A model generated the notes under the pieces. It was not told where the DNA came from, searched no databases, and saw only the letters and a program-made list of their open reading frames with translations. The position numbers were made by a program, and so were the translations under genes. DNA of 57,044 nucleotides from Prorocentrum cordatum (lineage: Eukaryota). Below are positions 35,657-47,619 of this stretch, piece by piece. Position 1 is the stretch's first letter; each line of letters begins with the position of its first letter. Location: NCBI GenBank assembly GCA_963575745.1, contig CAUYUJ010000050.1, forward strand, positions 62,001 through 119,044, read 5' to 3'.

Positions 35657-36118
35657 CTCCTCCTCCTCCTCCTCCTCCCTCCTCCCTCCTCCTCCTCCTC
35701 CTCCTCCTCCTCGTCCTCCTCCTCCTCCTCCTCCTCCTCCTCTTCCTCTCCTCCTCCTTCCTCTTCCTCCTCCTCCGCCCTCCTCTCCTCTTCCTCCTCC
35801 TCCTCCTCCTCGTCCTCCTCCTCCTCCTCTTCCTCTCCTCCGCCCCTCCTCCTCCTCCTCCTCCTCCTCCTCCTCCTCGTCCTCCTCCTCCTCCTCCCCC
35901 TCATCCTCCCCCCTCCTCCTCCTACTCCTCCTCCTCCTCCCCCCCTCCTCCTCCTCCTCCTCCTCCTCCTCCTCCTTCTCTCCCTCCTCCTCCTTTTCCT
36001 TTCCCCTCCTCCTCCTGTTCCTGTTCCTCCTCCTCCTCCTCCTGTTCCTGTTCCTTCTCCTCCTCATCCTCCTCCTCCTCGTCCTCGTCCTCGTCCTCCT
36101 CCTCCTCCTCGTCCTCCT
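35657..36118 (-). repeat. (GGA)n tract directly upstream of the SL-capped LINE
   Basis: Minus strand reads ...GGAGGAGGAGA-TCCGTAGCC... Confidence 0.95.
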
Positions 36119-36239
36119 GGGCCCAGGATGAGCCTTGCCAGGATCGGCGTGGGTGTATAGCTGGTGCCCTCCGCTGTGAGGGGCGACGTTCGGGGGGATA
36201 GGCTCAGAGGGAGAATGCAGCGACCCCCCAATGTCGGAG

Positions 36240-36425
36240 GCGAGCGAGGGGGGAGCTGAGAAGGAGGAGGCCTTCTCAGAAGGCGGCGGGACTTCTCAGA
36301 GGCCCTCGCGCCTTCTGAGAGTTTCGTTTTGTCTTCGGGGAAGGCTTAGAAAACTTGTCAGAAGGCCGGGTGGCTTCCGAACCTTCTGAGAAGGCCTTCT
36401 CCTCCTCGCTCCCCCCCTCGCTCGC
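36240..36425. mobile_element. MITE-like element with ~43-bp terminal inverted repeats containing CCTTCTCAGAAGG
   Basis: gcgagcgagggggga..gagaaggaggaggccttctcagaagg pairs with ccttctgagaaggccttctcctcctcgctcccccctcgctcgc. Confidence 0.7.
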
Positions 36426-36689
36426 CGCCGAGAACCTCGCCCATCCAGCGCCGACTGGGGCCTGACAGCCCACCCCGCCCAGGAAACCTATCTCGGATCT
36501 ATCCGCGATGCCTCGCCGATGCCAGGGCGACGTCCCCCCCACTGTGGAGCCGGTTTCCCCGATGGCTCTCCCCCAAGGACGGCCGGCCGCCACGCGAAGG
36601 AGATCGATCCGCGCAGTCCTCTCGCGGACTGCCGGCGGTGGCCCCCCCCCCCGCGAGGTGCGGGGAGGTCCTGGTCGCCGCGGGCGGGG

Positions 36690-37625
36690 AGCCCTCCTCC
36701 TCCTCCTCCTCCTCCTCCTCCTCCTCCTCCTCCTCCTCCTCGTCCGCCTGGTCTTGGCACCCCAAGGGCGGACGCAGGACGCCTCCGGCGACGGAGCCGC
36801 ACTCCCTCCTCCTCGGGGGAGGAAAAGGTATACCCATATCGCGGCCCTTTTTCCTCGTCTTCCCCCTTTTGGGGTCTTCCTCCTCCTCCTCCTCCTCCTC
36901 CTCCTCCTCCCTCCCTCCTCCTCTCCCCTGTTCTCCTCCTCCTCCGCCTGTCTTGGCACCCCGGGCGGACGCAGACGCATCCGCGACGGAGGAGCACTCC
37001 TCATCCCTGGGAGGAAGAGGTACCCACATCGCTCCCCTTTTTCCTCGGTTCCCCCTTTTGGGTCTTCCTCCTATCCTCCTCCTCCTCTTCCTAAGCCTCC
37101 TCCTCTCCTCCGTCTCCTCCTCCTCCTCCGCACGTCTTGCACCCCAGGGCGGACGCAGGACGCATCCGGCGACGGAGCCGCACTCCCTCATCCTCAGGGG
37201 AGGAAGAGGTACCCACATCGCGACCCTTTTTCCTCGTTTTCCCCCTTTTGGGTCTTCCTCCTCCTCCTCCTCCTCCTCCTCCTCCTCCTCCTCCTCCTCC
37301 TCCTCCTCCTCCCTCCTCCTCCTCCTCCTCCTCCTCCTCCTCCTCCGCCTGGTCTTGGCGCCCCAGGGCGGACGCAGGACGCATCCGGCGCCGAGCCGCA
37401 CTCCCTCGTCCTCGGGAGGCAAAGGACCCCTATCGCGGCCCTTTTTCCTCGGTTTCCCCCCTTTGGGTCTTCCTCCTTCTCCTCCTCCTCCTCCTCCTCC
37501 TCCTCTTCCTCCCTCCTCCTCTCCTCCTCTCTCCTTCTCCCCCTCCTCCTCCTCCTCCTCCTCCTCCTCCTCCTCCTCCTCCTCCTCCTCCTCCTCCTCC
37601 TCCTCCTCCTCTTCCTCCCTCTCCT
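36690..37625. repeat. Four tandem ~130-bp units, each separated by (CCT)n tracts
   Basis: gtcttggcacccca.gggcggacgcaggacgc.tccggcgacggagccgcactccct...atcgcggccctttttcctcg...ttttgggtcttcc starts at ~36751, 36950, 37134 and 37352. Confidence 0.9.
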
Positions 37626-38179
37626 GGGAGGCCCTTGTCGCCACCGCTGGCTTCGCCTCGAAATCCTGGTCAGAACGCGCCCCAGGAGAGGTACGGGGAG
37701 CAGCGGTATCGGTACCTTTCTCGTTTCCCCCCACACCCGACCCGCGCCGGCGGGCGGAAGCCCGTCAGGACCCGGTACATGTAGTGCCTGAGATTGACGA
37801 CGGCGTTTGCCTCCATACGGGTTGCCCATGGGCAAGACGGCCGTGTCCTTCGCGACCGCGGCACCGACCCGCGAGCACGACCGATGTTCGCTCCTTCCGA
37901 TGTTGAACAGCAGCCCCGCCAACCATATTCACCCCTTCGCTGAGCAAGACACTGCCCTCAGAATTCTGAGGGTTTCGCCGCGCACACGCTGGCTTGCCTC
38001 AGGTGGGTCCCTCCATGTGGGTGGGCGTTGAGAAGCTGTAGCTTGCAGGTGCCGTGGAAGACGCCAACCCGCAAGCTCCAGCCAAGAATGAACTGTTGAA
38101 TTACTATTGACGCCACGACACTATGCGAGACGTGCCATCTGAACATCGATGCCACTGGACAAGCACAGTGATAATCCGT

Positions 38180-38645
38180 ATTGGCATTATAAATAAGAGC
38201 ATGCCGATGGGCGGCTCCATGCTCCCACAAAAAAGCCTGTCTGCTGCCATGGCCCTCTCTTCTCACGCGTGCTGATCCATGCATTGTTACTGATAAACAT
38301 GCTGCTTCGCATTGCCTTTCTCGCACGCGCTGAACCAAGCGTTGTGATTGATGGCGGTTGCATGGGCTGCATTTCCCCCTTTCTTATCTAGCAGCTGCTG
38401 GGCGCACGCAGACTGCCCGTCCTTCTCGCTAGCGCCGATGCCAGCACTGCAGCTGATGGTGTCAGGGTCCAGTGTCCACAATAAATTTGCCCGCTGCCAC
38501 TGCCCGCTGCCACTGCCCGCCCTTGTCGAACGTGCTGTTCCAAGCAGTGTAGCTAACGGTGGTCGGGCGGCTCGAACGTGGCCTCCCACATCGCGCCCAG
38601 CAGCGCAAACACCCGCTGCCACAGCCTGCCCTTATCGCACGTGCA
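38180..38645 (-). pseudogene. Decayed PPR array of the dinoflagellate SACEKGxQWQRAL type
   Basis: Across frameshifts: TCDKGRLWQRVFALLGAMWEATFEP; VSYTAWNSTFDKGGQWQRA; DPDTISCSAGIGASEKDGQ; INHNAWFSACEKG; ISNNAWISTREKRGPWQQ. Confidence 0.8.
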
Positions 38646-40479
38646 GAACATGGGAATGCAAAGGGAGATGGCATGAGAAAACAGCCGTCCCAAGGCGGAT
38701 AGGGGCGGTGTGAGGGATGGGTTGCGATGGGCCGTGGGGGGTGGAAGGGGGAGGGAACGGGGGAGGAGGGAGGAGGGAGGCGGGAAGGCGGGGAGGGGAG
38801 GGGGAAGGGGGTCAGGTTGGGCAGGGAGGGAGATCAGCCAGGGGAGAGGGAGGGTGTGGGATGATGGGAGGGGGAGGTTGAGGGAGGAGGGGGGATGGGG
38901 GAGGCGGGGGGGGGAGGATCATTCGGGCAGGTGGCAAGTGACGCCTCTGCAATGTCAGAGTGCCAACCGTGTGCAGGTACGGCTGCACCCCGCCCCCGAC
39001 AGCTGTCGTCGTGGGTCGGGGAGCTGCCGGCGGGGGCCCCGACCCCCTAGGTGCCCCGAGACGGCAAAGTGGATCACGGGAGCAGGCGGGGGCCCAGCCA
39101 CGACGGGCGCCCAGAGTGCCAGAGCGGCAAGCGGAAGGGAGCGAGGGGGGGAGGAAGGACGAGCCATGGCTCCTCCTCCTGCTCCTCCTCCTCCTCCTCC
39201 TCCTCCTCCTCCTCCTCCTCCTGGGGGGGAAGGAGGGGGAGAATGCACCATTGCTTGTGCCAAGCTCTTTGCAGCATGGTACTCTCTGTCTCATCCTCGT
39301 CAGCATCTCATCACAGTAGTATTCCTCGCTCCCTCCTTCCCCGCCGTCCACATCCCTACATGTGGGGCCGATCATCAGGGAACTTCCCTTCTGGATTTGG
39401 CACAGCTTGTGTCCATCACTTTTCAGGAATGTGTCCCAGCTTCTGGACTCCAGCATGTGGACCGTGCTGAACGCACGAGTCCAGTTCTGCGTCTTCTTGA
39501 GTTTTACCTGGATTTCTGCTCATCTTCTGACAGTTGTGCCAGTGCTCTCACTCCATCAGTTGACTGGTTGTGCTATCCTTTCATCTTCTGACGGTGAGAC
39601 TAATCATGCTCGCAGGCGCCAGCAGTGCTCCTCTGCGGCGACTACAACATGGGGAGCTCGGGATTCGGGAGGAGCAGACGGGGAGAGAGCGTGATGTGGA
39701 CATGCACCGAGAAAACGATGTCGACGATGAGGAGTCGCAGCATGTGCGGTGTCTGGCTGGGAGATGCGGGGCGAGCACCAGAGGAGCAGGAAGTAGTGAT
39801 ACTGCTGCGCTCCAGACTTATCGAGACCCCCCGGGCTCCCAAGACAGTCGGTGCCCTGAAGAAGGAACCCTTTTCGTTGGGGAGGGGCTCCGTGTTCCTT
39901 AATTGTTTCGCAGCTTGCCTTAGATTTTCCCTAGGTTTTCGATACGAAATCGAAGTTCAACTTAATTATGGAGAAGAGGGGCCTCGTTCCTTATTCAGGG
40001 TTCCTTGGGTCAACGCCCCGACTGTATCTTCTGTTGTTCCGCACGGGGCCTAGTCACCGGAGCCGCACGCACACCCTGGAACTCCTGGAAAGCACCCGCA
40101 GCTGGGCCAGCAGCGGCACCCGCCGCAGCGGCCGCGGCAGCAGCGGCAGCCCGCAGGAGGGCACGGCCGAGCTGGTCCGACGAGAAACCAGTGGGGCTCG
40201 GCCGGGCCCTGGTCACTGGAGGGGAGAGCTGACTCCTCCTCCTCCTCCTCCTCCTCCTCCTCTCCTCCTCCTCCTCCTCCTCCCTTTCCTCCTCCTCCCT
40301 TTCCTCCTCCTCCCTTTCCTCCTCCTCCTCCTCCTCCTCCTCCTCCTCCTCCTCCTCCTCCTCCTCCTCCTCCTCCTCCTCCTCCTCCTCCTCCTCCTAT
40401 CGCACCATGAGGTCATCCTCGCCCCAGAGCGCCACGGCGGCGTCCGCAGTCGTCCGGGGCCAAAATCTGAAGCAGAGTT

Positions 40480-41383
40480 GCCGCCGCGCGAAGCCTTCCC
40501 GCGCTCGGAACACTTTGCCGCGGACGTGGTGGCGAAGAGAGGAGCTGGTCAGCATCCCACTACAGGATCCGGCTTGAATATGGAACGCTTACTGTTCAAA
40601 AGGGGCTCGGTCGTTCCGTTGGTTTGCATGCGTTCGCTGTCTTTTTGGCGGCGAGCCCCCCTGGTGTTCCTTCAGATTCCGGACGCGCGGGTTCGTCTTG
40701 TCGATGAGGGCGGCTGGTCTCAGGAACGGGGCTCCAAGAGGGGCTCGTTTCCTTGCGCTTGCTCGACGTAGTGCGACGGCGGTCGCGCACAGCGCGGGTT
40801 GGGCCCCTCCTTGGCGATGCATTCGCTGTCTCCGTGGGAGGCGATCTGCGGCGGAGCCGCTTCCTGGAGCGTGTTTCTTCATGGCTTGGGGCACAATGGG
40901 CACTATAGCCCCCGGCCCTCCCTCCATCCCCCCTACAGTGTAACGCCCCTCCCCCCCCCAGTGCGCTCCGGGCTCTGCCGCCGTGCGCACGGCGGGAGGG
41001 AGGCGTTCCATGATACCCCCCCTGGCCCCTCCCCCTCCACCTTATAACGCCCATCATCGCCGAAAATAAAGAAACGCGCTCGTGTTTGCTCGCGCCACTC
41101 GCGTATTAGTGTCGCCAAGCTCCTGTCTCTCGGCCATCGGTGCTGGGTAACCCGGGTAGTGGACAACTGCGAGGACTATTTGCTTTGTTTCTGCCAGGCA
41201 TGTAAGTGCCGCATTTCTGGCCAGCGTCTCGCGCGCCTCGCGGCTCGCTGTTCTGGCCCTCCTACCAGCAAGGACGGCCCGCCCAGGACACCAGGTCCTT
41301 TGTCCAGATACTTTAGAGGCCGGCACCCGACGCGGCCTCGGGTGACGCTGGTATCGAGCACGATCGCTGCGCAGTATCCGTGA
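40480..41383 (+). pseudogene. 3' remnant of another LINE ORF2 (RNase H end plus C-terminal Cys finger)
   Basis: HFAADVVAKRGAGQHP resembles the RNase H C-terminal helix; LGHRCW...FCQACKCRISGQRLARLAARCSGPP...LSRYFRGRHP parallels WCSRCGGWTIRARSKLKSVCEPP...IQRLAQ in the full element. Confidence 0.6.
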
Positions 41384-42819
41384 GTTTGGAGGGACGGCGG
41401 CTTGCCTCTGGCTGGCCTCTGGTCCTTTCTCCGCGCCGACGCAGCGCGGCGTCGCCGCCGGTCGTCGCCCGCCCGCTGCTCCAGGCTTTCGTGCTTGCGC
41501 GACTGGAGCGGGAGCTCCTCGCACCTCCGCCCGACTCAATGCAGACTGGTCGAGGCGCCATTCAGCGCGCATGTCGAAAAATCACCCCAGGCAGCATACA
41601 CACTCGATCGCTTCGCTCAGTCCGCCAGCCCGTATTGTGCCATCGCCGCAGGCGTTTGCCTGCGCGTTCGTGGCCATTGGGGGGCCTTTTGGGGGCCATT
41701 TGGGGGCCTCTTGGGGCATCTTGGGGGCCTCGTGGGGCCTCCCAGGGGCCTCCTGGGTTCTCTTGGGGGTCTCTTGGCGAAAGGCTCGCATTGGTGGTTT
41801 GTGTTTTCCCTCTTGGGTCGTCTTGGGGCCGACTTGGGGCCCTCTTGAGCGATCTTGGGCGCCTCTGGGGCCGTTTTGGGGCCCTCTTGGACCGTCTTGG
41901 GGCCCTCTTGGGGGCCTCCCGGGCCGTTTCGGGGCGGTCTTGAGGGCTTTGGGGCCAGCCTTCCAGCTTTGGAAGCCCGAAAACGCGAGAACGCGAACCC
42001 AACGGGGGGCGGGGGAGGGTTACCCGCCCTCCTTTTGTAGCAACGGGGGGAAGGAAGGGGTTCAACCCCCCTGCCCCAGAGGGGCAAAAAGGGACGGAGG
42101 GGGTGGAGTTGCACCCCCGCTCCTTCCCCTCTGGAAGGGGGGTGGTCCGCCGGGACGAAAGATCGCGAAAAGTGGGGGTGTAGGGGTCACGGACCGCGGA
42201 CCGAGGAGAAGACCCCCTCTGGGCCAACCAGCGGCGCGCCCTCATAAAGGAAATCCTGCTGGCACGCTTTCCTGGTTCGTAGAAGCACCTGAATCCTGAA
42301 GCCTGCCTCGCAGAGCTTATCCTGAACAGGACTGGGGGGGAGGAAGGAGGAAAAGGAGGAGGAGGAGGAGGAGGAGGAAGAGGAATAGGAGGAGGAGGAG
42401 GAGGAGGAGGAGGAGGAGGAGGAGGAGGAGGAGGAGGAGGAGGAGGAGGGACCAGTTTAGACCCAAGGATCATCGATGTGTGCATAACCCTCCTCAAGTT
42501 CTCTTATAGACTCCCGTTAAGGAGATGGCGACACTGCGGGAAGAGCCCGTTGGAAGACAGGAAGAGCCCCGTTGTAACACGACCGTCTGGAAATCTTTGA
42601 CCGTGCCAAAGCACCATCCCTGGCACTTCAACGCCGTGAATCAATACTACTGTTGCTACTAGACGATCCCACATCGCACCAGAACGCAATTTCTGTTTCT
42701 GGGACGTCAGCACCGCGAAACCATGTGACTGCCGCGCCCTCACAATTCGAAGTCAGGTCAAAACACCATAGCTGGGGCGTCAACCATAATAATGTTGGAG
42801 ACTTCGGTGGACTGTTAAG

Positions 42820-45800
42820 AGAAGTGCGCGCGGCGTCTAGGCCAGAACCACACTTTGAAAACGAGCCGCGCCCCCCATCCGCGAAGCTCTCAGCTCTCAC
42901 ACACTTGTCGCACGAACGTGCGAGGCGCCAGGGCGAAAACCACATTTTGACACACGAGCCGCCCTCCATCCGTGAAGCTCTCGCGAACTTTGAAATACGA
43001 ATGGGAGCGACGCTTAGGCGAGAGCCCACATTTTGAAAACGATTCGCTTTCCATCAGTGAAACTGTTGCAGATTCCAAGCTGCAGGATCAGAAAGGGCGA
43101 GGAAGTCTCAGGCGGAGCGCCCAGCCCGCCCTACCGACTCCCAGAATGCGACAGGAAGGACTTGTTTTTTTTATTTTATTTTTTTCTTTTTTTTTTTTTT
43201 TTTTTTCTGTTTTTTTGTTTTTTTTTTCTTTTTTATTGTTTATATTTTTTATTTTTTTCTTTTTTTTTTGTTGTTTGTCTTTGTATTTTTTTTTTTTTTT
43301 TTTTCTTCTTTATCCTTTTTCTGCTTTTTTTGTTTTTTTTGTTTTTGTTTCTGTTTTTTTTTTTGTTGTTTTTTTTTGTTTATAAGGTGAGGGATGGTGA
43401 GGAGGAGGAGGAGGCGGAGGAGGAGGGGAGGAGGGGAGGAGGAGGAAGAGGAGGAGGAGGAGGAGGAGCAGGAGAAGAAGAGAGAAAAGCGGGCGACGAG
43501 GAGGAGGGAGGAGGTGGAGGAGGTGGAGGAGGAGGAAGGAAGGAAGGAGGAAGGAGGAGGAACAGGAAGGAGAAGGAGGAGGAGGAGGAGGGAGAAGGAG
43601 AAGAGGAGCAGTAGGAGGAGGAGGAGGAGGAGGAGGAGGAGGAGAAGAGGAGGAGGAGGAGCAGGAGGAGAAGGAGGGGAGGAGGAGGAGCAGGAGGAGA
43701 GAAGAGCAGTGATGAGGAGGAGGAGGAGGAGGAGGAGGAGGAGCAGAAGGTAGTAGGGCAGAGAACAGGGCAGAGGAGGAGGCGGAGCCCCGGGTTGTGC
43801 CAGGCTGGAGGAGGAGGTGGAGGAGGAGCCTCACGGGAGGCCCGGCTCCGGCGCCTGGGACCTGCTCACGCGCGGCGCCGTGGCGCCGGAGCACCCCGAT
43901 TGGGCGAAGGGCGCGGAGTTCTTCTGGGGCAGGGGCCGCGAGGAGGCTCCAGGCGGGGCCTGCCGCCCGTTCTCTCTCTCTCTCTCTCGTCCGCTTACTC
44001 CTCCTGCTCCTCCTCCTCCTCCTCCTTCTCCTCCTCCTCCTCTTCGTCCTCCTCCTCCTCTTCCTCCTCCTCCTCCTCCTCCTCTTCGTCCTCCTCCTCC
44101 TCCTTCTCCTCCCTTCCTCCCCTCCTACCTCCTCACCCCCCCTTCTCCCGCACCTCGGTACTCCTCCTGCTCCGCCTCCTCCTCCTTCTCTCCTCCTCGT
44201 CCCTCCTCCCCTCCTCCTCCTCCCGCCTCCTCCTCCTCCTCCTCCTCCCCTCCTCCTCCTCCTCCTCCCTCCTCCCTCCCTCCTCCTCCTCTCCTCCTCC
44301 TCTCCCTCCTCCTCCTCCTCATCCTCCTCCTCCTCCTCCTCCTCCTCCTCCCCTTTCTCCAGCAGCGCGGCGGGAACTCCTGCGCGCCTCTTTCTTCCCA
44401 GGTTATACCGTGCTTGGAAAGCGGATCCTTGGTCATCTTGGAAGCTTGGATGCTGGAAAGCGAATGCGCGCGGCGCTGAGGCGAGAGTTAGATTTCGAAG
44501 CCGAGCCGCCTTCAATCCGTGAAACTCGTGCACACTGTTGACAAAGAATGCGCGCGGCGCTGAGGCAGGAACTAGATTCTGAAAAACGGCCGCCTTCAAT
44601 CCGTGAAACTCGTGCACCTTTTTAATAACGAATGTGCGCGGCGCTGAGGCAGGAACTAGATTTTGAAGAACGGCCGCCCTCAATCCGTGAAGCTCGCACA
44701 AAGTGTAAAAGCTCGTGGCGCTAAGGCGAGAGCTAGATCCTAGATAAAAAGACGGCCGCCTTCAATCCGTGAAAACCGTGCACCTTTATAAAAAACGAGT
44801 GTGCGCTGAGGCGAGAGCTAGATTCTGAAACTGAGCCGCCCTCAATCCGTGAAGCTCGCACAAAAGTTTCAAAGCGAATGCGCGCGGCGCTTAGGCGAGA
44901 GCCAGATAAAACAAAAAAGAAACGGGCGCCTTCGATCCGTGAAACTCGTGCACTTTTACGACAGCGTATGCGCGCGGCGCTGAGGCGAGAACCATATTTT
45001 GAATTCGAACCGCCCTCAATTCATGGAACTCGTGTGCATTTGTATAGCGAATGTGCGCGGCGCTGAGGCGAGAGCTAGATTTTGCATCCGAACTGCCCTC
45101 AATCCGTAAAGCTCGTGCACATTTGAAAAACCAATGCGCGCGGCGCTGAGGCGAGAGCTAGATTTTGAAATGGATCCGCCTTCGCTCCGTGAAACTCGTA
45201 CATTTTTAAGAATGCGAATGCGCGCGGCGCTGAGGCGAGAGCTAGCTTTTGAAACCGAGCCGCCCTCAATCCGTGAAATTCGTGTACACTTTTATAGCGA
45301 ACGTGCGCGGCGCTGAGGCGAGAGCTAGATTTTGCATCTGAAGAACCGCCCTCAGTCCGTGAAGCTCGTGCACAGTCTTTAGACAGAGCGTGTTCTACCG
45401 CTGCTGGCCCCCCTCCCCCCTCACCGCCGGCAAACGATTCCAGCTCCTCGGGACAGTCGGACAGTGGTGGAGATACTGGGACAGTGGTGGGGACAGTGGT
45501 GTGGGGACAGTGGGACAGTGGCGCGTACAGTGGGACAGTGGTGGGAACGGTGGTAGTGGGAACTTTGGTGAGGGGACAGCGGGACAGTGGTGGGGACAGG
45601 GGGACAGTGGTGGGGACGGCAGTGGTGGGGACAGTGGTGAAGGCGGTGGTGAGGACGGTGGTGGGACAGTATTACAGTGGGGAGAGTGGCGGGGACAGTG
45701 GGGACAGTGGGACCGTGGTGGGGACAGTGGGGACAGTGGGACAGCACAGTAGGACAGCGGCGGGGACAGTCAGTGGGACACTGGTGGGAACAGTTGGGAC

Positions 45801-47260
45801 AGTGGGACAGTGGTGGGGAACGTCGGGAGACTGGGGAGAGTGGGACCGTGGTGGGACAATGGTGGGGAGAGTGGGGACAGTGAGACTCTGGTGGGGGCGC
45901 TGGTGGAGACAGCGAGGACAATGGTGGGAGCAGTGGGGACAGTGGGACACTGGTGGGGACTGAGGGACAGTGGTGGGGACGGTGGTGGTGGGGACAGTGG
46001 TGTGGGGACAGTGGGACAGTGGTGGGGACAGTGGTGGTGGGGACAGTGGTGAGGGCGGTGGCAGAGGTACAGTGGGGAAAGTGGTGGGGACAGTGGGGAC
46101 AGTGGTGGGCACAGTGGGACAGCTCAGTGGGACGCGGCGGGGACAGTGGGACAGTGGGACAGTGGGGACGGGGGACAGTGGGACAGTGGTGGGGACCGTG
46201 GGGAAATCGGGGAGAGCGGGACCGTGGTGGGAACAGTGGTGGAGACAGTGGGGACAGTTCGACAGTGGTGGGGGCACTGGTGGGGACAGTGGGGACGGTG
46301 GTGGGAACAGTGGGGACAGTGGTGGTGGGGACAGTGCTGGTGGGGACAGCAGTGGGGGATGTGGTGCGGATGGTGGTGGGGACCCGGGAGTCGCTTGCCG
46401 GCGGTGAGTGGGGGGGGGGAGTTCGAACCGAACCGGTAGTGACCCCCCCCGTTTTCTGGAGTGAGGGGGGGGTTCGAACCAGTAGTGACCCCCCTTGGTT
46501 TTCTGGAGGGGGGGGGGTTCGAACCGGTAGTGACCCCCCCCGGTTTTCCGGAGGGGGGGGGGGAGGTTAGGGTAGGGGGGTTTTGCCGGGGGAAAGGGGG
46601 GGGGGTCCAGCAGGAAAGCGGGGATTTTCGAAGGGGGGGGGGAACCCCAGGCTCCAGAGGAAGAGGGGGGGGAAATTTTCCACAGCAAAGCGGCGGTGGA
46701 TCACGCTCTCTCCATTTTCGAAATCGAGCCGCCTTCACTCCGTGAAGCTCGTGCACATTTAAGAAAGCGAATGTGCGCGGCGCTGAGGCGAGAGCCAGAT
46801 TTTGAAACCGAGCCGCCTTCAATTCCTGAAACTCGTGCACTCTAAAAAACACGGATGTCCGCGGCGCTGAGGCAGACTAGACTTTGAAACCGAGCCGCCC
46901 TCAACCCGTGGAGCTCGCACAAAGTTTACAAGCTCGTGGCGCTAAAGCGAAAGCTAGATAAAAAAAGACGGCAAACAAAAACGAATGTGCGCTGAGGCGA
47001 GAGCTAGATTCTGAAACTGAGCCGCCCTCAATCCGTGAAGCTCGCGCCAAGTTTAAAGCGAATGCGCGCGGCGCTAAAGCAAGAGTTATTTTTTGTTTTG
47101 AATCCGTGAAGCTCGTGCACATTTAAGAAAGCGAATGCGCGCGGCGCTGAGGCGAGAGCTATCTTTTGAAACCGAGCCACCCTCAATCCGTGAAGCTCTT
47201 GAACATTTTGTCAGTGAATGTGCCCGGCGCCTGGCGAAAACAAGATGTTGAAAACGAGCT
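42820..47260. repeat. ~84-bp satellite in three blocks (~42820-43060, ~44455-45375, ~46715-47260), interrupted by two unrelated segments
   Basis: Unit gaatgcgcgcggcgctgaggcgagagctagattttgaaaccgagccgccctcaatccgtgaa(a/g)ctcgtgcac; gaatg at 44462, 44546 and 44630 gives period 84. Confidence 0.93.
45385..46709. mobile_element. Non-autonomous TIR element carrying a (GGGGACAGT/GGTG)n minisatellite, inserted in the 84-bp satellite
   Basis: Outer inverted repeats 45385-45405 / 46689-46709 (18/21); inner inverted repeats 45420-45441 / 46387-46408 (20/22); three ~38-bp ggttcgaacc units at ~46410-46550. Confidence 0.75.
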
Positions 47261-47619
47261 TGGGGTGGACTTTTTTTTTCTTCTGTGTTTGCTGTTTGCG
47301 CGGTGCTAAGAATATCACCCCGCTGAAATCCCCAGTGGGATTTATTGTGAAGGCCTGACGGCTGGTGACGCTGAAAGACATCTACGACGACCAGGAGGAG
47401 GAGGACGAGGAGGAGGAGGAGGCGGAGATAAGGAGGAAGGATAAGGAGGCGGAGATAAGGAGGAGGAGGAGGAGGAGGAGGAGGAGGAGGAGGATCAGCA
47501 TGGCGATGCGAATCTGACCCCCCCCCTCCTGGCCCCCCCCCCCAGCTAAGACCACCCAGGGGATTTCTTTCCCTTTTTAAAGATCGGGGGGGGGGCTTTT
47601 TAGATATTTCTTAGGGATG

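Noticed and set aside
29360..36140. Target-site duplication for the full-length LINE
   Set aside because: No unique direct repeat outside the GGA tracts; any TSD would be hidden within the microsatellite.
43160..43382. T-rich tract as an antisense poly(A) tail of a retrocopy
   Set aside because: No associated gene body or TSD; may be a degenerate microsatellite or a low-quality read segment.
44455..45375. Conserved blocks with variable linkers resembling a CRISPR array
   Set aside because: Linkers are short and homologous to each other, no cas genes are present and the context is eukaryotic; it is a satellite.
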